Assembly (NCBI GenBank): GCA_964016885.1
Contig: OZ024740.1
Location: 427,056,001-427,120,000 of the forward strand
Origin: Eledone cirrhosa
Taxonomy: Eukaryota
Length of the DNA: 64,000 nucleotides
Direction: 5' to 3'
Under the pieces are notes generated by a model. It saw nothing but the letters and a program-made list of their open reading frames with translations. It did not search any database and had not been told where the DNA came from. The position numbers and the translations under genes were made by a program. The first letter of the stretch is position 1. The number at the start of each line of letters is the position of its first letter. Positions 40,370 through 54,308 of this stretch are shown one piece after another.

Positions 40370-40840
40370 ATGATTTAGAAGTCGACCATAAGTAGGAGCA
40401 AAAACATTAAGAAAGACATAAACGACACCACAACACTTTGTTTTGAAAATTTTGAAAATAGGTTTATAAGTATGAATTTTCATAAGATTTTCGCAGTTGT
40501 CTCTGTGGCCTAGCGGTAGGTACTAGAGACGGTGGAGGTCCTGACTTCGGGTTCAATCCTTCTCAAGAGGTGCATATAAACTTTTTCAGTTTTTATTTTA
40601 CAACCAATAGAAAAAACTGAAAAAGGTTTATGGGAATCCTACTCTCGACGAGAATCAAACTTCAGACCAGGATCACCACCGTCTATGATTTCTCTAACTA
40701 CGCCACCGAGACAGCTACAAAAGTATAATGAAAATTGATAATTATAAACCTACTTTCAAAACCAAAGTTTAAAAAATGTGGTGGGGTTCATGACATTCCT
40801 AGAGCTATTAATAATATTTAGGGTCGACTTCTCGTCATTA
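40370..40840. mobile_element. Fold-back element with two convergent tRNA-like arms
   Basis: A-box tggcctagcgg (40506) and B-box ggttcaatcc (40550). A diverged mirror arm lies at 40630-40840. A second copy is inverted at 42905-43157. Confidence 0.6.
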
Positions 40841-41729
40841 TTGAAAGTCTCTGGATTTCGCAAAATACATATTTTTTATTGGAGAAGGTAAGATATTTTC
40901 CCGCAAAAATCTTCTCTAGCCACATCTCTCCCAAATCACACCCTACTGTGTAATAAACAGAAAGGAGACATTAGAAAATATAGAAAAATATAGTCCGATA
41001 TATTCGATATGGTCATCACTGGTATGTCATTAAGAATAGGACTACTTGACCAAGGCTGGATCGTGGCGTCTGAACAACAGCAATAAATTCTATACTTATG
41101 AAATGCTGGTTCTCATTGTATTAATACATTATTCTTTGAGGTGTTAGAGAATTGGATTCACAATCTTGAGGTTGTGAGTTCGATTCCTGGATCGGACGAT
41201 GCGTTATGTCCTTGAGAAAGACACTTTATTTCACGTTGCTCCTTCTACCTGGAGTTGCGACCTATAGATAGTATTAGCAACTGGAAAGACCAACGGAAAC
41301 ATTGTTTCCTCGGTCCGATTTGACGAAAGTCGATCGATCCCTTATTATTCTCTTTGGTTTCAAATCCCGCCAAGGTTAACTTTGTCTTTCATCCTTACGG
41401 GGTCGATAAAATAAATTACCAGTAATACACTGGGTAATTGCTGACCTTGTGCCAATAATTCTCTTTGGGTTAGATATAATCGTGTAAAGTCTTTGAAGTC
41501 GGTACTCCGGTACAAATTCCAATGAGTAAACCGAGAAAAAGAAAAAGAAAACAAACAATTGCGAGTGTGTTGAAATTAAACAGATGGTAAGGCAGGAGAA
41601 ACAAGTTTAAGAGCAACTGATCTAAGGTGTGAGTAGTCGGCAAGTGTAATAAAGGATCAACAGAAATTATGATGAATTGAAAATTACCAGAAATGACGGA
41701 GGCGAAGTGGATCATTGTAGACAAGGGCA

Positions 41730-42073
41730 TACGAGAGTCGGCTGAAAGGTTCATAGGCTGACCAAGATACTCTCATGGAATGACAAAATGATGTTTATTT
41801 TTCAACATAGTCCCGGCAAAGAAACAATGCAGTTATTAATATGAAGAGTGAACATTAATGCATGTAAGACTTCACAGTCCTAGCATCACTTCTTCATAGG
41901 TTGACCAAGATACTCTCATGGAATGACCAAATGAGGTTTATTTTTCAACATAGTCCCCACAAAGAAACAATGCAGTTATTAATATGAAGAGTGGACATTA
42001 ATGCATGAAAGATTTCACAGCTCTAGCATCACTTTTTCATAGTAAGTTTATGAATTATTCCGCCAACTCTCGA
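41730..42073 (+). mobile_element. Mariner-like non-autonomous element with internal tandem duplication
   Basis: (t)acgagagtcggctgaaaggttc terminus (also tacgagggtcggctgaaagg at 38270), tttatttttcaacatagtccc motif, degenerate right end near 42050-42073. Confidence 0.55.
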
Positions 42074-42904
42074 ACCTCGGCTGAAAAGAAACACCACAGA
42101 TTTGTAGACCAATGTTATTGGTACTTCTCTGATACATTCACTCACGCACACATACGCATAATACGTAGATACACATATGTATACATGCATACATACATAC
42201 ATACATACATACATACATACATACATACATACATACATACATACATACATACATACATACATACATACATGTATGAAAGTGTGCCTGCCTGTGTTTATAC
42301 ATATACACATCATAGATAGCATTTAAATAAATTTTAAATGTCTAAGATTAATATTTAAAACATCAAAAAACGAAAACATCCTCTGTATCCTGACACCTGC
42401 TTAATCTCATTCAATATTTATAGGAAAAGACAACTTCTTCCTTAAACGAAAACTACCATATCCTGCAAAGCACTGAATATAATCCGGTGTACATCTCCAA
42501 GAAATATTATCTGCTGACTTCGATCGTCTATTTATTAGAAGATAAATGAAATGAGAGCATCTGTTTATTCGTTAAATCATTTTTTAAATATGAAATAGTT
42601 TTAAACTCTGAGTTATCTAATATGTGGCATTCATCTTTTAAGTTTAGATATTATAAGCGGCCATCATTGAACAAAATGCTTTTTACACATAGTTCGAAAT
42701 CCCCTGCAGTTTCCCCTGTATGGAGATGTTAGCCGTGGAGGATTCGTAGGGAGTTCCGCAGTTATATGCGGAGAAACTTTTTTACATTTTAGCTGAGCCG
42801 ATTCCTTCTCCATGTCTAAATACATCAGATTCCTTCCAGATATCGTGACAGGGATAAGAAGTGAGAGACAGAATGAGTCGAAGTGAGAAGAGAAAGAGTA
42901 AGTG

Positions 42905-43157
42905 AGAGGTGGTGATCCTTGTCTGAAGTTCGATCCTGGTCGGGAGTAGGGTTGCTGGTAAACCTTTTCAGTTTTTTCTATTGGTTGTAAAATAAAAACT
43001 GAAAAAAGTTTATATGCACCTCTTGAGAAGGATTGAACCCGCAGTCAGGACCTCCACCGTCTCTAGTACCTACCGCTAGGCCACAGAGACAACTACGAAA
43101 ATCTTATGAAAATTCATACTTATAAACTTACTTTCGAAATCCAGAGCCTTTCAATAA
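42905..43157 (-). mobile_element. Second copy of the convergent twin tRNA-like element
   Basis: Reverse complement of about 40460-40680. B-box gttcgatcc at 42928. Confidence 0.65.
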
Positions 43158-43169
43158 TTTCACACTCAC

Positions 43170-43239
<70 letters not shown>

Positions 43240-43265
43240 AGTGTGTGTGTGTGTGAGTGTATATG

Positions 43266-43299
<34 letters not shown>

Positions 43300-43306
<7 letters not shown>

Positions 43307-43646
43307 TTGTATGTCTCTATATATGTATGTTTGCATGCATGAATGAAAATACAAACTTAGTAGAATCTACAACCACTGATTCCAGCTATTTGCATTATCA
43401 AATATGTTGGTTTCTATTAATTTCCCGAGGAATTGGTTGAACAAATGCTTTGCTTAATTGTTATTGTTTTTTTGTTTTTTTTTTAATGTTATTCTTTCTC
43501 TTAGACTTCAGGTATTTTCTGAAAGCAAAGCATTGGCCCCTAAAATACTACAGTGGGCCCTGCAATCCTACTGCAGGCCCCTGCAATGCTACCGTAGGGC
43601 CCTTGGGGCCCACTTGCTATTTGGCAACCTGGCCAGTCCGCCACTG
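43300..43646 (-). mobile_element. hAT-like end, inverted homologue of 33679-33990
   Basis: Ends ggcaacctggccagtccgccactg. Confidence 0.55.
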
Positions 43647-43827
43647 TGTATATATATGAAAAAATTCAGGACTACGCGGCTGAACACCGGCCATTCCAGC
43701 AACAAAATCCGAACTACTACCCCTAGTATTGAGTACTCTGGTGAGTAATGGCCAAACCGACTTTTACCGCCTCCAATCTGATATGCATACATACCGTAGA
43801 GAAAACATACATACATACATACATACA

Positions 43828-43861
<34 letters not shown>

Positions 43862-43887
43862 CATACATACATACATACATACATACA

Positions 43888-43920
<33 letters not shown>

Positions 43921-43921
<1 letters not shown>

Positions 43922-44315
43922 GTTCTGATCATTTCATAACATTCCACCTTGAAGGATATCTTCCTGCAATACAGACCTGGTATCGTTGTTTGGGATCACA
44001 GGTTAAAAACCTGCTCTGTTGTAAAAATCAACTGCCCACTCCATGTTAATGAAGTATGAAAGATATAAGAGAAATGGGTTATCCACGGACCATTTATGAG
44101 GATTTTGCTGATCCGGTACCCAAAGTACAGTTTCCTACCGAATATTATAAAAGATACAGGATATATACCAACCACACCTTCAACAATCTCTGGCTACAAA
44201 TAACTACAACCTCTGTAAAGAGTTCAAAAGATGAAGGATTGCACTAGAAATGTTGGAAATTTACCTTTTTTACAAGGAAGATAGCGGGACAAAAATTTAT
44301 TCTAAACTATAAAAA
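43921..44315 (+). mobile_element. Degenerate 3' fragment of the R4/Dong-like family in (TACA)n
   Basis: SSDHFITFHLEGYL matches SSDKFMTSHLEGYL. gttgtttgggatcacaggttaaaaacctgctctgttg matches VVWDHTLKTCSVV. The 3' end is similar and followed by catac repeats. Confidence 0.7.
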
Positions 44316-46313
44316 CATGCATACACATATACATACATGTTTCATATACACTTCATTGTTTTTATTCTTTTCAAAGATACTGAGGATTAGCTTTAACAAT
44401 GTACCCTTCTTCTCATCTTTGAGTAGCACTTAGCAATCGTAGTTTGAAACACATCGCTAACGCCAACATTAATTGTATTCTATAATTTTATTGAGATTTG
44501 TTAGTAGAATATTACTTATCTTATATTTTACAGAATTATATCGACATGTTATATAAATATGATTACTCTTAACGCTCAGGAAATATCCGTGATCAAACAG
44601 CAGGGCTTTCATCAGTCTGGAGTGTGGATCAAACCATCTTGGTTTGATCATTCATTAATAACTCATGACGGATGACTCAAATGTGTATTCAAAGATGCCG
44701 AAGGTAAGTCTCGTTAACTAATCACAATGTCTACATCTAGAGAGAGACTAAGTAGATGTTTATAGGTATATGCTTCTCTACATTGTGATTTCTAATTGAG
44801 GCACAATGCTAGCAAATTTAGAGGAAAGGCAAAATTGATTAAATCATCACCAATATTTAACTGGTACTTTATATTATCGGCGCCGGACGAATGAAAGACA
44901 ATATTGGTATTGGTGGGACTGGAACTTAGAATGTAAAGATCTAGAGCGTATAAACACGTGAAGAGTGAATAACTATCTAACCAGACATGTAGATAGATTG
45001 TGAGTGAGTGAGTGATTTGATTGAGAGAGTGAGTGAGAGAGTGAGTTAGTAACAGAGTGAGTTAGTGAGTGAGCGAGAGATTTTAACATACTACTAGAAG
45101 GAGTTGAAGCAACAAAATGCAATATTCATCGGGTATTTATTTTACCAAAATAGCAATCTGTAACAAAACATAGTCTACCCTTAATTTTGTCCCTCTGAAC
45201 ATCATCTGTAAATAAAACTGATAAAAAAAATACGATTTAGAGTTTTGCCATTTCATTTCCACTTTCTAACAAAAACACTCTTTAAAACGAGACAACGATA
45301 GGAATTAGGATATGGACATATCTCAAAGCTAGAATGAGCATCAACTAAATCTCAAACCACGTCTCATCATGTTTAGAAACGTGATACATTGGGTAATGAA
45401 TTCCTAAATACATTGTTTGATAATGGTTTTTAATGTTGGCATAAAATTAGCGATTTAATGAAAGTGAAAGTCGATTATATCAAACCCAATACATAGCTGG
45501 TATTTTATTTTATCAAACTGAAAGGATGGAAGGCAGAATTGACCTCAGCGGGATTTGAAATCAGAAGGTAAACATTTGTAACCAAATACCGCAAAATATT
45601 TTCTACATCACTCTACCAATACTGTCAATCCACGGTCCTACATTGTTTGATAATAAGATCTTATAAGTAACGTTTTGATCATAAATTTGCGAAGACTGGA
45701 CCTGTCTTGGCCTGAACAACAACAAAAAGCTTTGGTTAAAAGGCATATCCAACAAACAGTAATACTCTTTACTTGAAATATTGATGTAAAGTGACTGAAA
45801 ACTGTTCGCAGTTAATCTAGATCGAGCCTGACCGTCCAGCCTGTAGGAAGAAGAATATTTAATACGGCAGGTCAGGTAGATCTACTAAAGACATGAATGT
45901 CCGAGTCATTTTACTTTTCAGTTTAGCATCTCTTTTAGTTATTCTTGTTTTTGTCGGTTTTAGTGTCGATGTCACCCCCCCCCCCCCCCCCTCTCTCTTT
46001 CTCTCTTTCACTCTCTCTCTCTCTCTTTCAAAATCTATTTCCCATATCCATCTAGGAGATGCTGTGCTGTGTGTGCAAGTCCACAGAGAGTTTTGCAATA
46101 ATACGAGAACATAACCTGGAGCATTATAATTGCATTATTGCTTTCGCTATATTCATTAATCTAATCACAAACGACTTTCGGTTAAAGAAACCTGATACAA
46201 GACCTTAATATATCAATTATCCAATCAAACCTGAAGAGCACGTATCACTTTTTCGGTTGAAACCTAGATCTTCTCAGGCTTCTTCGCTCGCTGAGTCATA
46301 AAAACTAACGAGA

Positions 46314-46398
<85 letters not shown>

Positions 46399-46589
46399 TC
46401 TTTCATGTTCTTATTTTTTCTATTTATTATTTCTCTTCGTTTGACGATCCTCTCTTTTTATTACGATACTGGGAGAATAAAGCTTCTTAAAAGTCCGCCA
46501 TGTCCAACGATGATATAAAATGTAAAATTCATTTAACTATCGCAAAAAAGCAAAAGCAAACAAGAAAAACCCCAATGAACACTCCTGTC

Positions 46590-47900
46590 ATTCACACATA
46601 CACACATGCATTTACATATACAAACACATACATATATACCCATACACACATACATATATACCCATACATACATACATATATATATATACCCATACACACA
46701 TACATATACACACATACACACATTCATATACACACATACACACATGCATCTACACACATACACACATGCATATATACCCATACACACATGCATATACACA
46801 CATACACACATGCATATATACCCATACACACATGCATCTACACACATACGCACATACATATATACACATACACACATGTATATATATATACATACATGCA
46901 TATACACACATACAGACATACACGCATGCATATATACACATACACATATATATATACACCCATACACACATACATATATACACATACACATACATATATA
47001 CACCCATACACACATACATATACACCCATACATACATGCATATACACACATACATACATATACACACATACATACATGCATATACACCCATACATACATG
47101 CATATACACCCTTTCATACATACATATACACACATACATACATGCATATACACCGATACATACATGCATATACACCCATACATACATATATACACATACA
47201 TACATGTATATACACACATACATACATGCATATACACACATACATACATGCATATAAACCCATACATACATGCATATACACACATACATACATATACACA
47301 CATACATACCTACATATACACACATACATACATGCATATATACACACATACATACATGCATATACACCCATACATACATGCATATACACACATACATACA
47401 TATACACACATACATGCATATACACCCATACATACATGCATATATACACATACATACATGCATATACACCCATACATACATGCATATACACCCATACATA
47501 CATGCATATACACACATACATACATGCATATACACACATACATACATGCATATACACACATACATACATGCATATACACCCATACATACATGCATATATA
47601 CACATACATCATACATACATATACACACATATATACATGCATATACACACATACATACATGCATATATACACATACATACATGCATATACACCCATACAT
47701 ACATGCATATACACCCATACATACATGCATATACACACATACATACATGCATATACACACATACATACATGCATATACACACATACATACATGCATATAT
47801 ACACACATACATACATACACACATGCATCTACACACATACACACATGTATATATACCCATACACACATGCATATACACACATACATACAGCCATATACAC
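46590..47900. repeat. (TACA/CA/TA)-derived low-complexity array
   Basis: Recurrent catacatacatgcatatacac units. Confidence 0.95.
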
Positions 47901-49069
47901 CCACTGAAAAAAAGCGTAGAAAAGATTAAAGAAGATTAACACACTGCAAAAAATATATAAGAAATAAAAATATTAATTAAAAAAAAGTCCTTTTTTCAAG
48001 GACACCATTACCAAATATAAGATAGTTATTTTTATGGCTCGGCTAAGCACCAAATAAAATAAATATAACCTGAAGCTATATTATTCTATAACCAAATAAC
48101 AGAGACAAACGAAAACAAAAGCAACAAAATAATGTCAGGAGAAGAAGAAAATCGCAAAAAAGCTGTTAAAAAAGATGATTTTTTTTTTATTTACTCAATT
48201 TTTGTTGTCATCGACGATTCCTTTGACGTTATTGTTGTTGTGAGTGTTGAAGTTGTTGGTTTTGGAAGAGCGAGGACGGTATTGTTGTCAACGCTGTCGT
48301 TAAAATAGAATTATTTAGTGAAAGCAAGACAATCAAATAACTCGAGGAATCACAGGTTACCAAGAAAGAAGACAGTGTCTTCTATATCGGCATCATCATT
48401 GAAGAAAACAAAGCTCACTTACACATGAGCTTAAGATAAAACACCTCTACGTGGCTGCTCAATCTGCTAGAAATAACAAACAAATCATTCCAAACCAATA
48501 TACTACGGTGTTTTTTGTTTTTTTTGTTTTTGTATTGGAAGAACGTTCTTCAGAGAGTCACGGATGGAAAACCCTGGACGTCATCAGTGTTGTATACGAG
48601 AGACGCTATCATTGAAGACAATATCAGGTACTCGAAGCCATCACTGAAGCAGCCAACAAGGGGGTCATAGTTAGTAGTCACACATATATTACAGCTGGGT
48701 AGATCTTGTTTATCAGAGCGAGTGAACGGAAAGAAAACCTGAAAAGTACTCGGCCAGCTTGTTTACCAGAGTATGGGAGTGTGGGAAGATAGCTGACCTG
48801 GTAAGGCGATGGCAAACTACATCACTTATCATTGAGACTAGACTTCGTTGTGGTTTCTGGGGTATCAAGACAGCTCTAGTGGTGCTATGTGATGTGAGGG
48901 AGGGGATGGCGGAGGAGAAATAGAGCAAAGTAACAGGAGTTAATGTAGGCATTCTGCAGGAAGAGTGGTGGACCAAGTGCCTACCAGAGGAGATTGGCAG
49001 TCGAGGGTTCGCAGCTCGTCTCCTTACTAAAGCTTATGGAACTCTAGGCACTATTAGTGCAAGCAGAAT

Positions 49070-49280
49070 GGCGGTGGATTGGCAGTATCGGTAGAGGGTC
49101 GGACGTCATGATTTGCAACATAGAGTTGCGGCCCTTTATGATCTGAGTTCAAATCCCGCCGAGGTTAACTTTGCCTTTGATCCTTACGGGGTCCATAAAA
49201 TAAAGTACCAGTAACGTACAGGGTTGATTTAATCGAGTTTCTCCTCCCCCAAATTACAGGCCTTGTGCCTATACTAGAAA
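49070..49280 (+). mobile_element. SINE family 1, full length
   Basis: ggcggtggattggcagtatcggtagag ... gagttcaaatccc ... ggccttgtgcc. Confidence 0.85.
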
Positions 49281-49904
49281 TTATTCTTAGTGCAATCAGA
49301 ATGTGAGCCAGATACATCAAAGTTGAAGTAGTGGAGATGTCCTCTAGATGGCTTGGATTGAAGACAAGTGACTGGTGGGACCAATGTTAAGTATGGCACT
49401 TTGATGTAGACTGAGGTTTGATCAACCTCAGTTGAAATTAGGAGGGAGGTGAGATTGGATTGGATGAAAAATATAGAGGGGATTATCATGCGGGATTAAA
49501 TGGATAGATGTAGAGGAGTATATATTGTCGTGCGGGTGTGTATGCAGTAGTGTGTATGTATGTGTAGGGGGGGGGGGGGGGCGACCAAGCCTGTCTTTGG
49601 AGCTGGTATGTGAGCAAGGTTCAAGTTCATCATGTGTGTCCCACTGATCCAGGTGTTTGTGCCTGTGCGACTCATATAACTACGTGGATGAATCAGTATA
49701 CATTATGTGTGGTTATCGAGTGTCTCTGTTTCATGTGTTTTGAGTAATAGTGAGTGTATGTTTGTGTATCTCTGTGTGTCTCCGTTTATGTGTGTGTGTA
49801 TGTGTGCAGTATGTTTAAGTGAATGGAGGTGTTACACATTATATAGGTATTTGTGGCTGAAAGTAACGCATCTATCTGCTTAATTTCAATGTTGCAATTA
49901 TAAT

Positions 49905-50320
49905 AATTGTTTCTACAATAGGCACAAGGCCAGCAATTATATCAGTGTATTACTGGTACATTATTTTATTGACCCCCGTTAGGATGAAAGGCAAAGTTAA
50001 CCTCGACGGGATTTGAACTCAGAATGGCAAGGGCCGTAACTCTATGCGTCAAAGCATGGCGTCCGACCATCTACCAATACTGCCAATAATATATATACAT
50101 GATGAGAGTAGTTTCATACAGCAGGAATTATGCCAGCATTGACAGTATCAGTAGAGGGTCTGACGCCATGCTTTGCGGCATAGAGTTACGCCCCTTTATA
50201 GTCTGAGTTCCAATCCCGCCGAGGTTAATTTTGCCTTTCATCCTTACGGGGTCGATAAAATAAAACACCAGTAATACACTGGGGTAATTGCTGGCCTTGT
50301 GCCAAAAGTAGAAACAATTA
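49905..50320. mobile_element. Two SINE family 1 copies head-to-head (49905-50087 minus, 50137-50320 plus)
   Basis: Mutually inverted SINE bodies about 50 bp apart. Confidence 0.8.
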
Positions 50321-50583
50321 TTATGAAATACCGTCAGAAAAAGAAATAGTTTAATTATAGAGCATAAATACCCCAGAGAATTATAAAAGTGTCCAAACTA
50401 GAATACACTGATAGAAATATAAGGGGAACTCTTCCAGATATTGTTGTGAAAGACCATCTCGTATACAACTGCCTCCTGATCGAAATATTTCCCGTAATAG
50501 GCTACAGTGTCTTCTTCTTCTTCTTCTTCTTCTTCTTCTTCTTCTTCTTCTTCTTCTTCTTCTTTAGTTACTATTGTGGGCAC

Positions 50584-51397
50584 GAAGTTACTATTGTGGG
50601 CACGAACTCATGGGAGTCACAGTAGAGGAAGTTATACACAAGGTAATATTGTGAGAACCAACTCAAGGGAGTCACAGTAGAGGAAGTTATACACAAGTTA
50701 CTATTGTGGGAACCAACTCAAGAGAGACACAGTAGAGGAAGTTATACACAAGTAATATTGTGGGAACTAACTCAAGGGAGACACAGTAGAGGAAGTTATA
50801 CACAAGTTACTATTGTGGGAAACAACTCAGGGGAGACACAGTAGAGAAAGTTATACACAAGGTAATATTGTGGGAACTAACTCAAGGGAGACACAGTAGA
50901 GGAAGTTATACACAAGTTACTATTGTGGGAAACAACTCAGGGGAGACACAGTAGAGAAAGTCATACACAAGGTACTATTGTGGGAACCAACTCATGCGAG
51001 ACACAGTAGAGGAAGTTATACACAAGGTACTATTGTGAGAACCAACTCAAGGGAGACACAGTGGAGGAAGTTATACACAAGGTAATATTGTGGGAACCAA
51101 CTCAAGGGAGACACAGTAGAGAAAGTTATACACAAGTTACTATTGTGAGAACCAACTCAAGGGAGACACAGTAGAGGAAGTTATACACAAGGTACTATTG
51201 TGGGAACCAACTCATGGGAGACACAGTGGAGGAAGTTATACACAAGGTACTATTGTGGGAACCAACTCAAGGGAGACACAGTAGGGGAAGTTATACACAA
51301 GTTACTATTGTGGTAACCAACTCAAGGGAGACACAGTAGAGGAAGTTATACACAAGGTAATATTGTGGGAACCAACTCAAGGGAGACACAGTAGGGG
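50584..51397. repeat. 55-bp minisatellite, about 14-15 units
   Basis: ggaagttatacacaaggtactattgtgggaaccaactcaagggagacacagtaga, with a period of 55. Confidence 0.95.
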
Positions 51398-51504
51398 ATG
51401 ACCTGCTCGAACCTTCATTAATCAACTCTTACATGTTACCTGGAGAAATGGTAAATCGAGGATTGTGGAGAGACTTTGTCAGGAATATTCAACTGTGGTT
51501 GCAA

Positions 51505-51510
51505 AGATGA

Positions 51511-51569
<59 letters not shown>

Positions 51570-51631
51570 TTGATGATGGTTAGGATGTTGATGATGACGG
51601 TGATGATGATTATGATGATGATGATGATGGC

Positions 51632-51665
<34 letters not shown>

Positions 51666-51840
51666 TTGATGATGATGATGGTGAGGTTGTTGATGATGAT
51701 GATGTTGATGATGATGTTGATGATGGTTAGGATGTTGATGATGACGGTGATGATGATTATGATGATGATGATTATGATGATGATGATGGTGGTGGTGATG
51801 ATGAAGATGGTGATGATGAGAAGTATGATGATGATGATAA
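51505..51840. repeat. (GAT)n degenerate array
   Basis: Direct reading. Confidence 0.95.
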
Positions 51841-52044
51841 ATAAAAACCTCGTATCTAAACACCAGCGAGAGAACCTTGGCGTGGTTGCCGAACTTATCA
51901 GAAATAACAGCCTAATCTCCCTCAAAACGTACTCTATCATTTTGAGAAATAATAGGTTGTTGAATAACGTAGGTTTTTGGAATATTTATAAAGACGTGAT
52001 AGTCATAACTTGAATGCCTTTGATCACAGGAGCCACCTGGTGTT

Positions 52045-52575
52045 AAACAACAACAACAGCAACAAGAGTATACAGCATTTGGACATATCCCATTACTAGT
52101 AACATAAACGTTTTACATTCAATACTTTCAATACAATAGAAAATACACAACCAACACATCCTACACAGACACGAGGGGAACTCAGCTGTGTTGTGTAATG
52201 CACTGAAAGGACAGAAATAAATAAATAAAGATATATATGTATATAGTGAAAGAGTGAAGAATAACACGGTCGGGTGTACAAAATGGGTTTTATTTACAGT
52301 ATAAAAAATTGTTTCATTGATCAGATGAGTCTAAGGCCGCTAATCACTTGGTGTAGCGTCACACAGTGTGTGTCTCTGATCAAATCATTGGAATACTGGG
52401 TATTCCGATGATTTTATCAGAGACGCCTCCTGTATTTAAGGTCGAATGACGCAATTTCGAGTGATCAGCGGTGTTAGACTCACCTGATCAATGAAACAAT
52501 TGTTAATACTGTAAATAAAACCCTTTTTGTACAGCCGACCATGTTATTCTTCACTCATTCACTATATATATATAT
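52045..52575. mobile_element. Head-to-head inverted pair, pLTR-like family C
   Basis: Diverged arms at 52238-52396 and 52400-52570. The left arm probably continues as a tail to about 52045. Confidence 0.7.
52400..52509 (+). ncRNA. Degenerate hammerhead motif C (long stem II), with mirror copy at 52297-52398 on minus
   Basis: gtatt-CCGATGA-ttttatcag-[about 60 nt]-ctgatcaat-GAAA-caattg-TT-aatac, then aaataaa. The mirror has CCAATGA-tttgatcag..ctgatcaat-GAAA. Confidence 0.55.
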
Positions 52576-52576
52576 T

Positions 52577-54308
52577 GAATACAGACGCTTCTTACATAAT
52601 GCAGGAATTAGGCATTGAAAATAGAACACAACCCTTCATGCCAAGGAAACCAAAAATTAATATGAAGGACCACAAAAGGAACTTTGAAATTGACTTACCA
52701 GTTAGATTAATTTCACCATCTAAATCTGACCTCTGCATACTTAGCAAGAACATTTTAGACAGAATAATACCACAACTTAAGGAATTATCTTATTTAAAAT
52801 TATGGAAAGGAACTAACGAAGTTATCGAATGGTTTAAAGACATTAAATATAATTATAATAATAAGTTTATTCAATTTGATAATGCTAATTATAACTCATC
52901 CATCACTCCTAATCTACTTAATAAAGCACTGACATATGCTTTTAAACATACAGACTTAACTAGTAATGAAATGCACATTATCCTAACGACACGGAAAACA
53001 TTAATTAAATTTAACAACCAACTCTGGACTAGAGCAGATAGAGATAATAATTTCGTTGTCACTATGGGGTCATCGGATTCCGCCCGGGTAACGGATGTTG
53101 TGGGGCTTTTTATAAATAATACTCTACACAGAAAAATGCCGGAGATGACCGGAGGTTTATATCGCGACGATATGCTATTACTTATCGAAAATAATAACTG
53201 TGAATTAAATAGGAAAAGAAAAGAAATTATACATTTTTTAAATTACATTAATCTTAAAGTAGAAATAGAGAATAATTATAAAATAGTTAACTTTCTAGAT
53301 GTAACCTTAAACCTTAACACACGTCTTCATTATCCATTTCACAAATTAAACGAGAACTTAAACTACGTTAATTTTAACTCCAATCACCCCAGATCCGTTA
53401 AAAATCCTATAGTAAATTCTGTGCAGCAACGCATTTCTAGAATTTCAGCTAATAAGAATATTTTTGATGATAAAGCACAATATTACAACGAAGCGTTAGG
53501 TAGAGCTGGATATAGTAATAAAATTAAATATATTGATAATAATAATATAACAAATAACCATAATTTTAACAACTATAATAGAAAACCTTACAATAATTCG
53601 AAAAACAAAAAAAGAAATAGAACTAGGAATATATTATGGTTTGCTCCTCCTTTCTCATTAAATATTAAAACTCCTATTGCTAAACTATTTTTTAAAGCTC
53701 TTGACAAATGCTTCCCTAGAACACATAGATATTACTCAATATTTAATAGACATACTATAAAATTGACTTATTCAACCACCAGCAATTTAGCGCAGAATAT
53801 TAATAGAATTAATAATAGAAACTTAAAACCTAACCAGAATACAACTAACAACCCAAGCAATATCCAATTTAATAATACGGCTCCTAGTAACTTGAATTTT
53901 GATAAATGTAACTGTAGAAATAAATCTAACTGTCCGTTAAATAACAATTGTTTAGCTAAAAATATAGTATATAATTGTAATGTAAAAACTAATTTAAATT
54001 CATTTAATTGTGTAGGTTCTATTTCCACAGACTTTAAATCCCGCTTTAATAACCATAAATGCTCTTTTACGAATATAAATAAAAAATCTTCAGCTTCTCT
54101 ATCTAGCTTACTATGGGACCTAAAATTAAAGAACATTAACTATTCTTTACTTTGGAATATTATTTCCAAAGCTCCTCCATTTAACACCTCTTCGGAAAAT
54201 TGTGCTCTTTGTATAGAGGAAATATTCTTTATAATAAAGAACAAAAATTCTGTGAATTTAAGGAACAATCTTTTCAGTTGCTGCAAACAGATTAAATTCA
54301 ACGTTTAA
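52577..54308 (+). CDS. 5'-truncated Penelope-like element ORF: RT plus C-terminal GIY-YIG endonuclease (probably decayed)
   Basis: KDHKRNF..RLISPSKS, FIQFD, VTMGSSD, GLYRDD, NFLDVTL, SNHP, WFAPP, CxC-x5-C-x5-C, IVY..CVG..FKSRFNNH, CALC..E. Several consensus residues are altered (YVG to CVG). Confidence 0.9.

Noticed and set aside
40496-40570. tRNA gene
   Set aside because: A and B boxes are present but there is no convincing cloverleaf or acceptor stem. It is part of a repeated fold-back element.
46231-46275. CTGAAGA...GAAAcctagaTC hammerhead-like string
   Set aside because: Stems I and II do not pair and there is no second copy.
52527-52576. N-terminus of the 593-aa ORF as a true start
   Set aside because: It reads through the family C hairpin arm and a (TA)n from a non-ATG codon. 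PLE-like sequence begins only after about 52577.
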